Source: the human T2T-CHM13v2.0 reference genome, Homo sapiens. Taken from it: a stretch of DNA of 64,000 bases. The notes beneath the pieces were generated by a model, which ran no database searches, had not been told where the DNA came from, and worked only from the letters and a program-made list of their open reading frames with translations. Location of the stretch: the NCBI RefSeq assembly GCF_009914755.1, contig NC_060927.1. The stretch is one strand, 5' to 3'. Both the position numbers and the translations under genes were made by a program. Shown in pieces: positions 13,660-31,730 of this stretch (positions within the stretch are counted from its first letter, which is position 1; the number at the start of each line of letters is the position of its first letter).

Positions 13660-14100
13660 GTGTCAGTTCTGGTCCTCCATGAAGCAGACACTGAGATGGA
13701 ATGAGGTGTGCAGGAGATTTATTGAGGGAAACACCATTGGGGAACATAGGGAAAGGAGGTGGGGCAGGTGGGGGAGTCTCAGATCAGGACTCAGGGACCT
13801 GAGAAAGGGAGGAGGGGACAGGAAGAGCCCCAGGCTGCGGTACAGCTCTGAGAGAGCCTTGGCCACACTCCGCAGAAGGCCCCAGCGTTCAGACTGCCCA
13901 GGGAGGAGCTCCTTTCTCCAGGATTCATCTTTTCATTTATTTGTTCAATGCCCCAGCACCCACTGGCCATGCTTGGTCCTCAGCCTCTGTGAAAAGCTGC
14001 CGTGGACCTTGAAGGCACAGGAGCTGGGGGCTGTCGGTCAACCACCTCCTCCCAGCAGGCTCTCTCCTGGAATGAGCACCAGCAACCTACCCCTTGGAGC
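13660..14100 (-). mobile_element. Ancient ERVL LTR fragment (LTR16/LTR33-like)
   Basis: GAAGCAGACACTGAGATGGAATGAGGTGTGCAGGAGATTTATTGAGGG resembles an antisense LTR16-type 3' end. Confidence 0.5.
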
Positions 14101-16089
14101 CATGTCTCACTCACTGCATGGCCTTCTGGAGTCCTCAGCCTCCCCTTCGGTGCTAATGAGGACTGGGGGGTGTGTTGGCCTCAGAGTCACCTCATGCAGG
14201 CAGAGAAGCAGCAGCATGTCAAGCCCAGGGAGGACATCACCCCTTTCCTAAGCTTCACCTCCTGGTACCAAGGCTCATAGCCCCAATCCTATTCAGGGGA
14301 GATGCTGGTGGCCACACTGAGGTATCCCCAGGAAAGGGCATGGAGGGAGGGCCCTGGGGCTGCGCCAGGGAGGCATAGGCCATGCTCTGGGAGAAGGGGC
14401 TCTGCACACTCAATGTCTGCCAGTGGAAGATGAGACCTCAAGCCGTGTGTCCATGTGGAGGGATTTTGGGGGAGACACTGGGGCCCAAGGAAGTCTCCTG
14501 GAGTCCTGGACCGAGGGCTTGGCTGTGGATGATGGGGAAATTTGGAGAGAGGAGGCATGAAGCAGGACCATGAGAAAGGGGGGCTGTGTGAGCAGAAGGT
14601 GAACGCGGGGTATGGGGAGGGAGAGCAGAGGGAGAAGTTGGACATAGGGCACTCGGAAGGTGGAGGGTGCTCTGGAATGCTCCAGAGGAATCTGGGGAGA
14701 CCTCTCCTGTTCATGCCCACTGTGGGCTGAGTGCATAGAATAAAAACAGAGCTCCTCTCATGAGCCAGCCACCCCCCTGGCCTCTCACTCTCCCTGGATG
14801 CCCCAGCCCCTTTGCCCCCGACACATGGGCCTCTCTCTCTGGGACTGCTCAGAGCCTCCACACTGCCCTTCTATGGACAGAACACTTTTCCCATGCAGCT
14901 CCTGCTCATCCTTTAGGTTTCAGCCCATGTCCCCTCCTCGCGGCCTCAACCCAAGCTGTCTGCTGTGTGTTGCCCTCTGCTGTGCGTGGCCCTGCCTGAT
15001 TTTCTTTGTCACACTGGCCACGACCTCCAAGTGTCTTGGTAGTGTTTTTGTTTACCACTTCCTCTCCCAACAGGTTTGTCACTTCCAAGGTGACTTTGTC
15101 TACCTTGTTCATGACTGTAACCCCAGCTCCTAGAGCACACCCAGCACATAGCAGATGCTTGAAAGAAATTTGTCAAATGACTGAATCCAGGCGCCTTTAA
15201 ATTCTTACCCATGGGAGTGGGGGCATTGTATCACCACACTTGATTTTCAGGGAGGAGGCAGAGGTGAAAAGAGAGTCACCCGTCCATGGCGACTCCACGG
15301 GTGAGGGGCTGTGGCCGCTCCTGAGTTGGTTTCCTGCTTCCTTCCTGAGTGGCCTTGCACAGGCCATCCACCCTCTCTGGGCCCCAATGTGGGCTGTGTG
15401 AGGAGTGGGCGAGAAAACATCCACGGAGATGTCCTGCTTCAGGCCAGACACCTGTGAGCCCCTGTTCCAGGCCACTGACACACAGATATCTGGTTCTGAG
15501 TGGCTCTTACGTGTGTCAACATTGCCCTTCTAACAGCCCTGCTGGAGTGGGGGAGGCCTGAGCTTGGAAGAGCCTCTGAAGGGAGGGCTGATGTGTGAGG
15601 GATTTATGGACGCTGCTCGAAATGAAAAGCAATTCAATTCAATCCCAGGGTCGTAAGAGACTTCCCGGAGCCTCACTAAGTGGGTCTGGAGCAGTGATCA
15701 GCGTTGCAAATCTATTAGCTGTGCTCGGCATCTGGGGCCGCCGCATGCATGAGTCATCGGGGTGGGAAGCCAGGAAGCTGCATCGTCCGGCAGGCCACTC
15801 ATCAATTAAACTCCTCTCCGTTTAATTAAGACATAAAACATCACCCTGTGTGTCTGCCAGAGGGGCCAGACACCCAGGGCTGTGGCAGCCCCACAGGCAA
15901 CCCCCCTGCCACCCAGACCCAGACATCCACCTGGCTGTGGGGCCACCGAGGAGTCTTTCTGTCCATTTCCCTGCCCAGGACTCGGCATCCCCAGTGGAGG
16001 CCCCTCTGCTTGTATGCTGCTGGGGTGACTTGCAGCTCACTCCTCTGTTCCTCTGCCACCCTGGACAGGACGGCAGAGTGGTCAGGTGT

Positions 16090-16280
16090 GCCTCTGGGGT
16101 CAGGCTGCCTGTGATCAGGCTACTTAGCCATGTAACTTTGGCCCAGTTCTGAGTCCCTCTCTCTGTGCCTCAGTTTCTCCAGCTGCACATAGAAGGATGG
16201 GACTAGTATCATCAGTGCAGGGTTAATTTGAGGATTAAGTGAGTTAAGGTGCACAGAGCACTGGGGACAGAGCCCAGGCT
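16090..16280 (+). mobile_element. MIR SINE
   Basis: CTCTCTGTGCCTCAGTTTCTCC...TGAGGATTAAGTGAGTTAAGGTGCACAGAGCACT. Confidence 0.7.
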
Positions 16281-18193
16281 GTGGACAGCATCTCTGCACT
16301 CACTGCTGAAATGCCTCCTCCCAACCTTCCCTGTCTCTGCTGCCAGTCCTTTGACAGTCAGCCCCAGTGGACCCTGTGCTTGTGCTTCCAGGACCTCTGG
16401 GACACATGGGGCTGGATGCTGGGCAGCCCTGCTAGCTCACCTCCTGCACCAGGAGTTCTGAGGAATAGGCCTGGCTCTACTCGCCCCCCATGTCTCTGGT
16501 GCCCAGCACAAGCCCTCACGTAAGTGCGAGCCAGCAGGTTTCCCAGGTGAATGGATGACATGAATAATTCCTTCTTCGACTCTTCTGGGCCCCAGAGAAT
16601 AAGATGAAGGTGGATGATGTGTTAGAAAATTGCCATCCCTGGCATCAGGCTGATCCAGTCAAAATTCCAGCTCCTTTGTGTAACGTCCTTCCCATCTCTC
16701 TACCTCAGCATTCCCATCTGCAAGTTGGGTGCTGCACTGCACCTCTGCTGCTGGCTCAGTATCCATTCCTTCCTTCGTCCTTAGTAACAAACATTGTTTT
16801 GCAGGAGGAGCAGTAGTTGTCTCAGCAAAGGTAAGAAGAATCCCTTTGCCAGTCTTCCTTGCAACTGGGGGCAGCCTAGAACTCCCCTGGGACCCCACTA
16901 AGCCAATGGAATGTCCGTGGGGTCTTCAGGGGGCTCTGGGAAGTCAAGCCTGGCACTGGATCCTCCTTCCTCACTCACGGCCTTGAATTTGGCAACTAGA
17001 GCCAGCCTGCTGAGAGCAGAGCTAGAGGCAGCCCCTGCCTGCCTCCAGACCCCTCACTGGACGCTGCATGACCACAAGAGGCTGAAGACTCTGTGAATTG
17101 GGGTCTTCTGTTTCTTAGAGCTGAGGGCATCCCACACAAACCCAGCAATGTCACCCCCACCAGGAGCACACAGAGTGCCTACTCTGGTGCCCTGCACGGA
17201 GCAGGTGCTGGATAAATGTGTGTCCACTCGTGCCCAGCCTGGCTCACCATCCTGCTGGCCTGCACAGGTGCAAGAGAAGCAGGTGAGGCTCCATGCTGTC
17301 AGCACATGCTGCGGAACCTCTAACTGCTGCAGCCTGCCCACCAGGGCCAGCCCAGAAACCTCTAGTGTGCAGTAGCATGGGAGAGAGAGCCCCAGAGAGG
17401 GAGGGTGAGGTGCTCTGTGGGCCCAGCAGCAGTCACTGGGGGTCAACCAGGGAAAGTTTGGCCTTGAGCTGGCCTGGCAGATGGCATGGCTTTGTCATGA
17501 GAAAATTCAGGGGAAGGGCAGTCCAGGAAGAAGGTCTGCAGGTGGGAAAGCCCAAGGCAGGGCTGCATACCATCCCCAGCACATGGGGCTATGGAGGGCC
17601 CATGGGAGGGCACCTTGACAGAGCAGGTTAGGGTGGGAGCAACCGGATGGTGGGCTGCATTCTGGCTTCATTCTGTCAAATGGCATCCCCACACTTCCGC
17701 CATCTGTGTGTTTTGTCAGGGTGTCATACCACCTACGCTATTGTTTACTTCATACACACTTTCAATTCAGTTCCCTTTTATAAACCTAAACAAATGTATC
17801 TATGGATCCCGACAAGAAAGCGGAAAGGCAGTACCACTTGCCATCGGAGGTACCTGAGAACACAAGCACAATGAGCGCCTGAAACAGCCAGCGAGCCAAC
17901 TTGCGATTCTGCCTGCCAAGGCTCTGGCCTGACGCCGGTTTGCTCTCTATTCAAAAGGGAGATTCACACATGTTGGAGAGGTGCGAAAGACAGGCTAGAA
18001 CAAGCAGAGACTTTCTGAGTGCTGGAGTGAGCAGGCTGGGAAGAGCACTGGACAGGACTCAGCACACTGATGACATGAGGCCTGATTTAATGCAGGGCAA
18101 ATGTGCATCCCACGCAGAACCTATGAGCAAGAAAATATCATCGGAGAATGGGTTACTGGGGCAGACAGGGTTTGATCCACGGACGGTAAATGA

Positions 18194-18502
<309 letters not shown>

Positions 18503-19169
18503 AGAAGGTTCTTCTAAAAGGGAGAGGATGCTGGGGGGAGAACAGGAAGGGGTGAGAGTCAGGGCAGACCCCCCAAGGTATCTGTGTCCTTCTGCCACCT
18601 CGAAGGTGGGCTCTCCTTGCTAGCTGAGTGCAGATGGCCTTCAAGGTCTGCTCTTGCTAGAATTCTCTGTCTCCCCCAGTGGGAACTATTCAGGGTCATG
18701 GAAATGGAGTCTGAGGGGGTAAGAGAACTGCCTGACCCCAGAGCTTCTGACCCTCAGATCATGTCCATAGAAACTACTGCCCCCCAGCACCAATGGCTCT
18801 CCCAGTCTTTCCAAGGAGCATCAGGAGGTGCTTCTAGGATGAAGAGAGACAAAGGGTAGATTGGAGGGGCTGCAGCCCTGTGAGCTTAAGGATACCAGCC
18901 CCATGAAAAATCCTAGAATAAACAGTTACATGCACGGTTTGAAGCCAAAAGAGCCAACCACCAGGAGTTGACAGGGGCCCACTAAGAAACATTTTGATGG
19001 AAGACCGATATCATGTGCCACAAGTAGATGGTGATCAGATAAACACGAGGAGGATGAAACAATGCCATCCACTACATATCTACCCTGGTTGCTATCTGCC
19101 TCCACTTACTGCACTTTTATGAGGCTTAAAGGAGTTTTCTTCAACGCAAAGAAAAGAGACACTTCAGAG

Positions 19170-19541
19170 CGTATTAGTCTATTCTCATGCCGCTAATAAA
19201 GACATACCTGAGACTGCATAATTTATAAGGGAAAGAGGTTTAATTGACTCACAGTTCTGCAGGGCTGGGGAGGCCTCAGGAAACTTACGATGGCAGAAGG
19301 GGAAGCAAACACATCCTTCTTCACATGGTGGCAGCAAGGAGAAGTGCAGAGTGAAGGCAGGAAAAGCCCCTTATAAAACCATCAGAGCTCGTGAGAACTC
19401 ACTCACTATCATGAAAGCAGGATGGGAAAACTACCCCCACGATTCAATTACCTCCCACTGGGTCCCTCCCATGACACGTGGAAATTATGTGAACTATAGT
19501 TCATGATGAGATTTGGGTGGGGACACAGCCAAACCATATCA
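19170..19541 (-). mobile_element. THE1 (THE1C/D-like) MaLR solo LTR
   Basis: GTATTAGTCTATTCTCATGCCGCTAATAAAGACATACCTGAGACTG...GAGATTTGGGTGGGGACACAGCCAAACCATATCA; near-TSD CAGAG/CAGGG. Confidence 0.93.
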
Positions 19542-19854
19542 CAGGGTAACAGCTGACCTCACTCGAGATTCTTACGGGCAATCAAGAACAGAACAGCACT
19601 CTCAGTTATGACTGTTTTTATGAATATTTTTTTAACATTTGTTGGTAAATTCTGGCAAATGCAATAACACAGGAAACTGAAATGGGAGGTAGGACTCTTG
19701 TAAACAGCCACGTTTATCTTAGTTTAGTATACTTACATCCCTCTAAAAAATAGAAAACTAATTACAGTGAAGGGACTTCTGTAGGTGGCTGAATATAAGA
19801 TAAATATATGCAAGTAAATAGCTTTCCTATAAATACAGCAGCCAGTTAAAAACT

Positions 19855-20580
<726 letters not shown>

Positions 20581-20738
20581 GAATAATAATGTTTTGGGAA
20601 AAATGTCCCCTTAACAATAGCAACAGAAAGTATAAAATAGCCAACAATGAAATATTAAATGAATTTCATAAAGAAAATTAAAACCAGGGGAGAGAGTCCT
20701 GCTTCAAGACAATAGGCCATCAAATGCTACAGTTGCCC

Positions 20739-21156
20739 TGTGATGCTTAATTTTGGTGTCAACATGACTGGGATTAGGGATACCAAGGTATCTGGTAAAG
20801 TGTTATATCTTATTTTTGGGTATATCTGTGAGGGTGTTTCCAGAAGAGATAAGCATTTGAATCAGTGAACTGAGAAAGGAAGATCCACCCTCAACAATGC
20901 TAGCAGGTACCATCCCATCCTTTGAGTGCATGGATAGATCAAAAAGACAAAGGAAAGGCAGATTCACTCTTTCTCTGTCTCTCCTTGAGCAGAGAAATCC
21001 ATCTTCTTCTGCCCTCAAGCAATGTAACTCCAAGTTGTCAGGCCTTGGACTCAGACTAAATTATACCATGTCTTCCTTGGTTCTCCAGCTTGCAGATGGC
21101 ATATCATGGACCTCTGAACCTCTATAATTGTGTGAGCCAATTCTCACAGTAAATCT

Positions 21157-21194
<38 letters not shown>

Positions 21195-21250
21195 ATTTAT
21201 CTCTCTATCCATCCATCCTGTTGGTTCTGTTTCTCTGGAGATCCTCGACC
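20739..21250 (+). mobile_element. ERVL LTR (MLT2 family) with internal (TCTA)n
   Basis: TGTGATGCTTAATTTTGGTGTCAACATGACTGG...CTGTGAGGGTGTTTCCAGAAGAGAT...GGTTCTGTTTCTCTGGAGA; (TCTA)n at ~21157-21194. Confidence 0.88.
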
Positions 21251-21579
21251 TTTGCTAAACCCTGGCCTGTGACATACCCCTCTCTGCACTAAATCCATAC
21301 CAATAAGAAAAAATATTCAACAATTTAACAGAAAATTAACCATCCCACTTGTAAATAAGAAGGGGACTTCTTGGTAGACTTGAAACTGGGAGGAGTCCCC
21401 AAAAATGCACAGAATAGATGGGATTATATGGGAGAAAAAACTGCTGGCCGGACAAAGTAATGTCTGCAAATGTCAAATCAGCAAATGTCTAGAGATGCCC
21501 ATGCTGTCTTCAACAAAGGGAGGAGCCCCTCCAGAGAGAGTTAACACATGAATCTTCAGGAATTTCTAAAAGCTATCGT

Positions 21580-22300
21580 TAAAACAAACAAACACTACAC
21601 AATTACATTCAGAAAGATAAAGACTACTACTTCATCCATAAAACAAAGATGGGGGTTATGAAACAGAACTAAATAGAGATGGTGGAAATGAAATATATAA
21701 CATTCCATGTAAAAGATTAATAGATTGGACACATTGCAGAACAATGCAGCACAAAGGAATAAATAGCTGGAGAGTATGGAAAAATGGGACATTGAGGTTT
21801 CAGGGACGTTCAATATCTATCTAGTTGGGATTCCAGAATGGATTAAATATGAAGAAATATTTTCAAAAAGTAAAACAGAACCTCTAGAACTAAAAAATAA
21901 ATTAATCTTCAAATCGAAGGCACACACTGAGCAAATCACCGTAAGACAAAAAACTGGCCACACTATGCTCACATTCCATTACACCAAGGATAAAGAATCA
22001 ACCCTAATAGTTACCAATAAAGAATGTGGGCCATATATAAAAGAATAGTCAGATGAAATCAGCAAAATGAAGGCAAGAAGATAATAAAACAGCATCTTTA
22101 AAGTGCTGAGGCAAAATAACTCTGGAGTTGGAATTCTATACCCAGCCACACTGTCAACAAGGACTGATAATAAGATGAAGTATTGGAATATTAAGGTATT
22201 TGTATCAGTTTATCACCCTCACAGATCTTCACTGAAAAAATTAATAAAGGAAGTTATCCAGTAATTACAAAAATACAGTAGGAAGCTGTGGAAGCCAAGA
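21580..22300 (+). mobile_element. Ancient L1/HAL1 ORF1-region fragment
   Basis: A-rich; translation NIYLVGIPE...EEIF; GGAATTCTATACCCAGCCA (L1 ORF1 RILYPAK region). Confidence 0.65.
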
Positions 22301-22686
22301 AGCAGTGGCAGGCAGAGACACACATGGAAGGCATTAAGCTTGCAGGCGTACTGATTAAAAGTAGTCTGGGATAGGCGAGAAGGGCAGAGAGGGTAAGAAG
22401 ATGCCAAGAAACTGGCCTCTGCTGAGGAAGAATGACATGGATTCACTCACACAGTAAAGGGTAGCAAATGCAAATTGATTAAATATATCTGTGGAAAGAC
22501 AGAGACTGGCCTGTAAATATTAACAAAAGAAGGAGGGTATATTAGTAGCCACATAATCTAAAATAAAATTTAAGGAAATGTCATTATAAAGAGTCAAAAA
22601 CAATGGATCAATCATGATTCAGAAGGAAACACTCGAAGGATTAAGAGAAGAGCAATGAATGAAAGTCCTACTTGCAGGGATACTGG

Positions 22687-23360
22687 TGTTAGAGTTGGTA
22701 GCTAGGCAGACGTGAGCAGGGAAGGAGAGGGCTCCCCCAGCAGGAATATCAGGCCACCGTCAGGTGATGGTCAGGTGGTTGTTAAACTGTCTCTCTAAAA
22801 TAATAATTGGTTGCACCAGGGAAAGGCAGTCTCCCAGTAGATAGAAAACACCTGGAGCTGGTAATCAGCAGCTTTCCGATAAGATCTCAGGAGTTGGGTG
22901 AGTGGGCTCAAGCATGTGCACTAAGAGGCAAAATGGAGTTTAACTGGTACATGACCCTCCTCTAGGAACACTCAACTGGTAAGGGAAAAACACCTCAGAT
23001 GAGCATGTGCATAACTTCAGTAAATACACTGTGCAACCCCTCCCAAGTGGGCCTCTCTAAGCCCACCCCAAGGGAAGAATCAGGGGAGAAGAAACACAAA
23101 CCCCAAGTCATGCCAGTGTATAAAACCCCACAGCAAAGGTCGGACGAGGCACCTGAATCTCAAGTTGCCACCCTGGCCCTCTTCCAAGTGTACTTTACTT
23201 TTTTTTGGTCCTGCTCTAAAATTTTTTAATAAATTCTCAGTCCTGCTTAAAAACTCACCTTGGTCTCTCACTCTGCCTTATGCCCCTCAGACGAATTCTC
23301 TCCATCGAGGAGGCAAGAATTGAGTTGCTGCAGACCTGTATGGATTTGCCGCTGCTCATA
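22687..23360 (+). mobile_element. ERV1 solo LTR (MER50-like)
   Basis: TGTTAGAGTTGGTAGCTAGGCAGAC...TCAGGTGATGGTCAGGTGGTTGTTAAACTGTCTCTCTAAAATAATAATTGG; TATAAAA and AATAAA present. Confidence 0.85.
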
Positions 23361-24141
23361 TTGGCAGGGCTAAAGGAACCAACAAGAGACGATGAGGTCC
23401 CCAGGGCCCTGCCGAGGTCTGCAGAAGAGGGAGAGAGAGTGGGAGGTGTTCCAGGGCCCAGGGACACTTGCAGCTTTAGGAGAGGGACAGTTGATTAGGA
23501 ATGCAGTTGCCACCAGCCCACAGGCCTGCAGGGAGGAATTGGGCGACAGAATCAAGAACCTGAGCCCACCCTCTATCCTGCTCTCTGATTTCCTGAAAGC
23601 CAGAGCGGGCAGGAGTGTGGCAGATGCAATCTACTGAGGGAAGCTGCTGGGGCTCCAAGCAGGGCAGAAAGGTAGGCCTGGAGGGGCAAGCAGGCGGTCA
23701 TCACTGAGGGGTGCGTCTCATCCTGGTGAAAGGAATGATCACCAAGAAAATATAACAAGCATAACCATCAGTGTACTCAACAACAAACTTGAAAATACAC
23801 AAAGCTCAAAAGATAGCACAAGGAGAAACAGCAATCTACATCACATGTTCACAAGTAGATCACACAGAAACAGTGAGAACATCAGAAACCTCTGTGATAT
23901 AATCTAACCAGTACCAATTAAAACAGTAAAGCAGGATATTACCAACTAGACAGAATTCAGGTTTCCCATGATAACACTGGAGCTGGTCTGTAGGGGTAGG
24001 GAGGTGGGAGGGCCGCAGTCACTCAGCCAATGAAAGGATTCTGAGAGAAATCCTTTCTTTGGGGAGAAAGAATACAGGTGTTGCTTAACATTAGAATTTT
24101 AAGAATATGCATGTGTTAATAATTTAAAGGTAATGACCAGA

Positions 24142-24626
<485 letters not shown>

Positions 24627-25210
24627 TCAAATTGGATTAAAACATGAAATCCAGTTATAGTTTACAAGGGACACACCTAAAATGCAATAAAAGTGAAGCA
24701 AGAAAATGACAATAATATGAAAGGTACAGCAGACAAATGCTGACAAAAAGAAAGGCGTAACAAAGTTCTCTGGGAAAATATAATTGAAGGTAAAAGTATA
24801 AAACGACGAAGAAACATAGTTAATTTTGATAAAAGGCACTTTCCATTAAGAATAGATCACCTCTACTGGCCTAAAGAAGCAGCTTCCAAATGTGTGCATG
24901 AAAGCCAACCAGAAACACAGAAGATTTAATAGCATGCAGCTCAGAAAGCAACTGGCTGCTCAGAGAAACAAGGGAGACAAGACAAAAGGGTCCGAATAAC
25001 ACAGCGAAGCCCCTGAGGGCACACCAGTCTTTGCACACCCACACGAACTAGAGGCTCAGAGGGAAGTCAGGGCTTAAGGGTGTAACCCCCTCTCGAAAGT
25101 GGGGACAGGAACCCCACTGGAGAGAGCCCTGGTGCCAACCCCAGACCCAGGGCCAGGGTGACTGGCTCCTGGCCTCTGCCAGGCCCCACCCCGACGGCAA
25201 GGGCTGAGGC

Positions 25211-25242
25211 AGGTCCAGGTCCAGGTCCAGGTCCAGGTCCAG
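25211..25242. repeat. (AGGTCC)n hexamer repeat
   Basis: AGGTCC x5 directly visible. Confidence 0.9.
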
Positions 25243-25421
25243 CTCCCCTCACCCCAGCTGCAGCTACAGTGGCCTGTGGGCTCCTGGGAGGGGTCTGCTC
25301 CCTCCCCGGGGGCCTTGGTAGCTGGGCTGCCCCCTGCCTTTGAGGTCCCCAACCCCCTCCACCCAACTGACTCCCACTCCCTTCAAACCCTCCTGCTGGG
25401 GTCATTGTTCCCTGACTTCTG

Positions 25422-26070
25422 ACAAGTAGGTCAATTACACACCCTGCCCCTCTCCTGGCCAGCGGGCAACACAGTGCAGTGAGTACCTTTGTTTCTGGGA
25501 TTAAACAGATGGCTGGATCGATCCCACCAGCTTCTCGCCTAAGGCAGCCCTGGAGAGGTGGACCTTTGACAGGGAACCTGATCCCCTGTCTCCCTGAGTC
25601 ACACCTGGTCAAAGCCCCTCCCTCCTCTACTGCGCATGCCTCCCCAACCCTTGCCTGCCCCTGGGTGGTAAATCTGGGCCCCTTCATCTCTAGGGGAGGA
25701 GTCAGCATGGGTGGAGGCCATCACTGCTTGGAGCCCACAGCAGCCCCGGTGGCCCTCGCTGTCCTAGACCATGCAAGGCTGCCTTCTGGGCACAGCACCA
25801 AGGAGGGACATGCCAGGAACATCAGGCCTTTGAGGGTGACCAGCAGATTTTGTTAGGGGAGTCAGGGTGGGGATCCTGCTTGGCACAGGGTGAGAGGGTC
25901 AACCTGCCCTGGACAGAGGAGCACAGGCCTTCCCTGCTATGGCCCTTCTCCCTGCAGCCTGTCCTCAGCTCAGTTATGCTGCCCTGGCTGTCCCCTCACC
26001 ACTGCCCCAGCCTGCCATTTGGTCTATGGACCCTGGGTCAATGTGTCAGGGTGCGCAGGGGGACACTTCT
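25422..26070 (+). pseudogene. Possible highly decayed PRR23-family relic
   Basis: Collinear peptide motifs over two frames: SRSITHPAP..GQ, PASRLRQPWRGGP, CLEP, FSLQPVLSSVMLPWLSP, CVRVRRGTL; compared by eye with recalled PRR23A/B. Confidence 0.35.
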
Positions 26071-26264
26071 GCCAGGGTGGTCTCTGGGATCCCTTTTGTG
26101 TGCCCCAACAATGCATCAGAACGTGTTGATCTGCATATCCAGTGAAATGCCAGGTACATCAGGTTTTTCTACTTTACCAAACTCAGTGATTAAAGCCAAC
26201 CTTCCATTCTTTTTTAAACCCTCCCCCTCCCTCTCCCCCTCCTCCACCTCCCCTCCCCTTCCTT

Positions 26265-26417
26265 TCTCTTTCAAGACAGTGTCTCACTCTGTCACCCAGG
26301 CTGGAGTGCAGTGGTGTGATCTCCGCTCACTGCAGCCTCAACATTCCTGGACTCAGATGATCCTCCCACCTCAGCCTCCTGAATGATGGGACTATAGGTG
26401 CACTACCACACCTGGCT
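26265..26417 (-). mobile_element. Alu monomer fragment (AluJ/FRAM-like)
   Basis: AAGACAGTGTCTCACTCTGTCACCCAGGCTGGAGTGCAGTGG...CACTACCACACCTGGCT. Confidence 0.85.
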
Positions 26418-28214
26418 TAAACCTTCATTTTCTTTGTCAGTGACAAGGAGACCCCACATCACCCACCTGCCTGGCCCCCATGGTGGACCTGTCTGTGGAC
26501 TCGCTCTCTGCCTGGGCACTTCCCTTGTCATGGGGGTCTCCTGTGTCACTGATCACTGGTGGGGGCTCCTGCCACACACCTGCCCAGCCCCCTAGGGTTG
26601 ACCTGCGGCCGCCCTTTGGCCATTATCTCCATATGGGCATCCCCCTCCAGCTGCCTCGGCACCTTCAGTTTGAGGTCCTCCAGCTTTTAGAACCTCGTGG
26701 GAAGTCAGCACCCAGCCGCCTTAGCCTCCAGGGTCTTTGCTTACCCCAGTCCTGTACTCCTCGGTCCTCCCAACTCAGCCCCACACTCAGGCAGCTTCTT
26801 AAACTGATAATGAGAGACAGCCCCGCACCTCCAACTGTGCTTCTGGATCCTGAAGTCTGAGTCACAGTGCAGGAACTCACCTCCGTTTTTAGGGTGAGAA
26901 AGCGGATGGCTGGCCCGTGCAGGTGGGTCCTTAGGCTCTTCCTACAGAGGATGCAGCGGCAGGGAGTCCCCCCACAATGGCCCCTCAGATCCACAGGTGG
27001 AGGGGGTGGCAGGAGTCTGAGAGCAGGGGAAGAGGACAGCTCTTTTTTGGGGTGAAAACTGACGCGTTGGTGGGGCGTCCTGCTGGGGCCACAGCAGGCC
27101 GGGCTCCGTGGGGAAGGACTGCTGTGGAGCCACTGGGCGCTAGTCCTTGCAGTGCCGTCCCCTCCTCCCCCGCACCGTCTGGATCTGTCATTCACCACTC
27201 ACTCAGGGAGGTGTCCCCTCCTCTGTCGACCCCACTGTCCTCTACAACTCTTTATGGCTTCTGTCAAGCTTCGTCTTCTAGCCACTCCTTCTCCAGAGTG
27301 TTGTTCTCTAAGGGTAACTCCAGTGTGACATTTTACTTTTGAAAAGGCCTCAGGCTTGATAAAGACTTTTTACTTCTCCCAAGGAGGGCCACTGCATTTC
27401 CTTTTGGAGTCTGCTTCCCCCCAACTGCCCTTGTCTGAACAACAGCCAAAGACCCACCAGAAATCTGTTGACAGTGCACACATCCCTGACTCCCAGGCCT
27501 CAGGTAGGGGGACAGCCCAGCCGCCCTTTCCCACGGTTCCCCAGCGGCCAGGCTGAAGACCAGCTCTGCAGGGCCAGTGCTCTGCCTGGGACCCAGCCTG
27601 CAACTGGGATGGGACCCTTGTGGATGAGCCAGAGGGAGGAGTGGGGGTGGCTGTGGAGAATTCAACTAAACACTTACATTCATGCACACGCTTCTCTTTC
27701 CTTATAAATGCATTATGAGAAGCCTTGAACATGATGAAACGTAGAAAGAACAGTACAAAGAACTTGTTGCCCAAATTCCACAAGTATTAACATTTTACCA
27801 TATTGCTTCCTCTCTCTCTCTCTATCTCTCTCTCCATGCACAATGCCAAACCACTGAAAACTAAATCAGAGATATTACAATACTCCGGAAGACAGCTCTA
27901 AAAAATAAGGATGTTCTTTCACATTCACATGTAGCATTATCTTAGCTGCAAAAAACGACCAATTCCATGATGTCATCCGATACTTATTTACTCCATATTC
28001 AAGTTCTCATAACTGTCCTCAGAATATATTTTACAGCTTTGTAAACACTAGGGCCAATCAATAATGATGCATTACAGTTGTTTGTTTTGTCTATTGACTA
28101 TTTTATTAAAAAGTAAGATATACATTCTTGATCCTCTTTTAGATTATATAAATGTATTTCCCTTTACCTCCTTCTGCAGAACAGCATATAAACCTTAACA
28201 GTAAAGCTCAATGA

Positions 28215-31730
<3,516 letters not shown>

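Noticed and set aside
25067-25708. 213-aa minus-strand ORF with GPGPGP repeat
   Set aside because: Low-complexity, driven by (AGGTCC)n and GC content; no recognisable family
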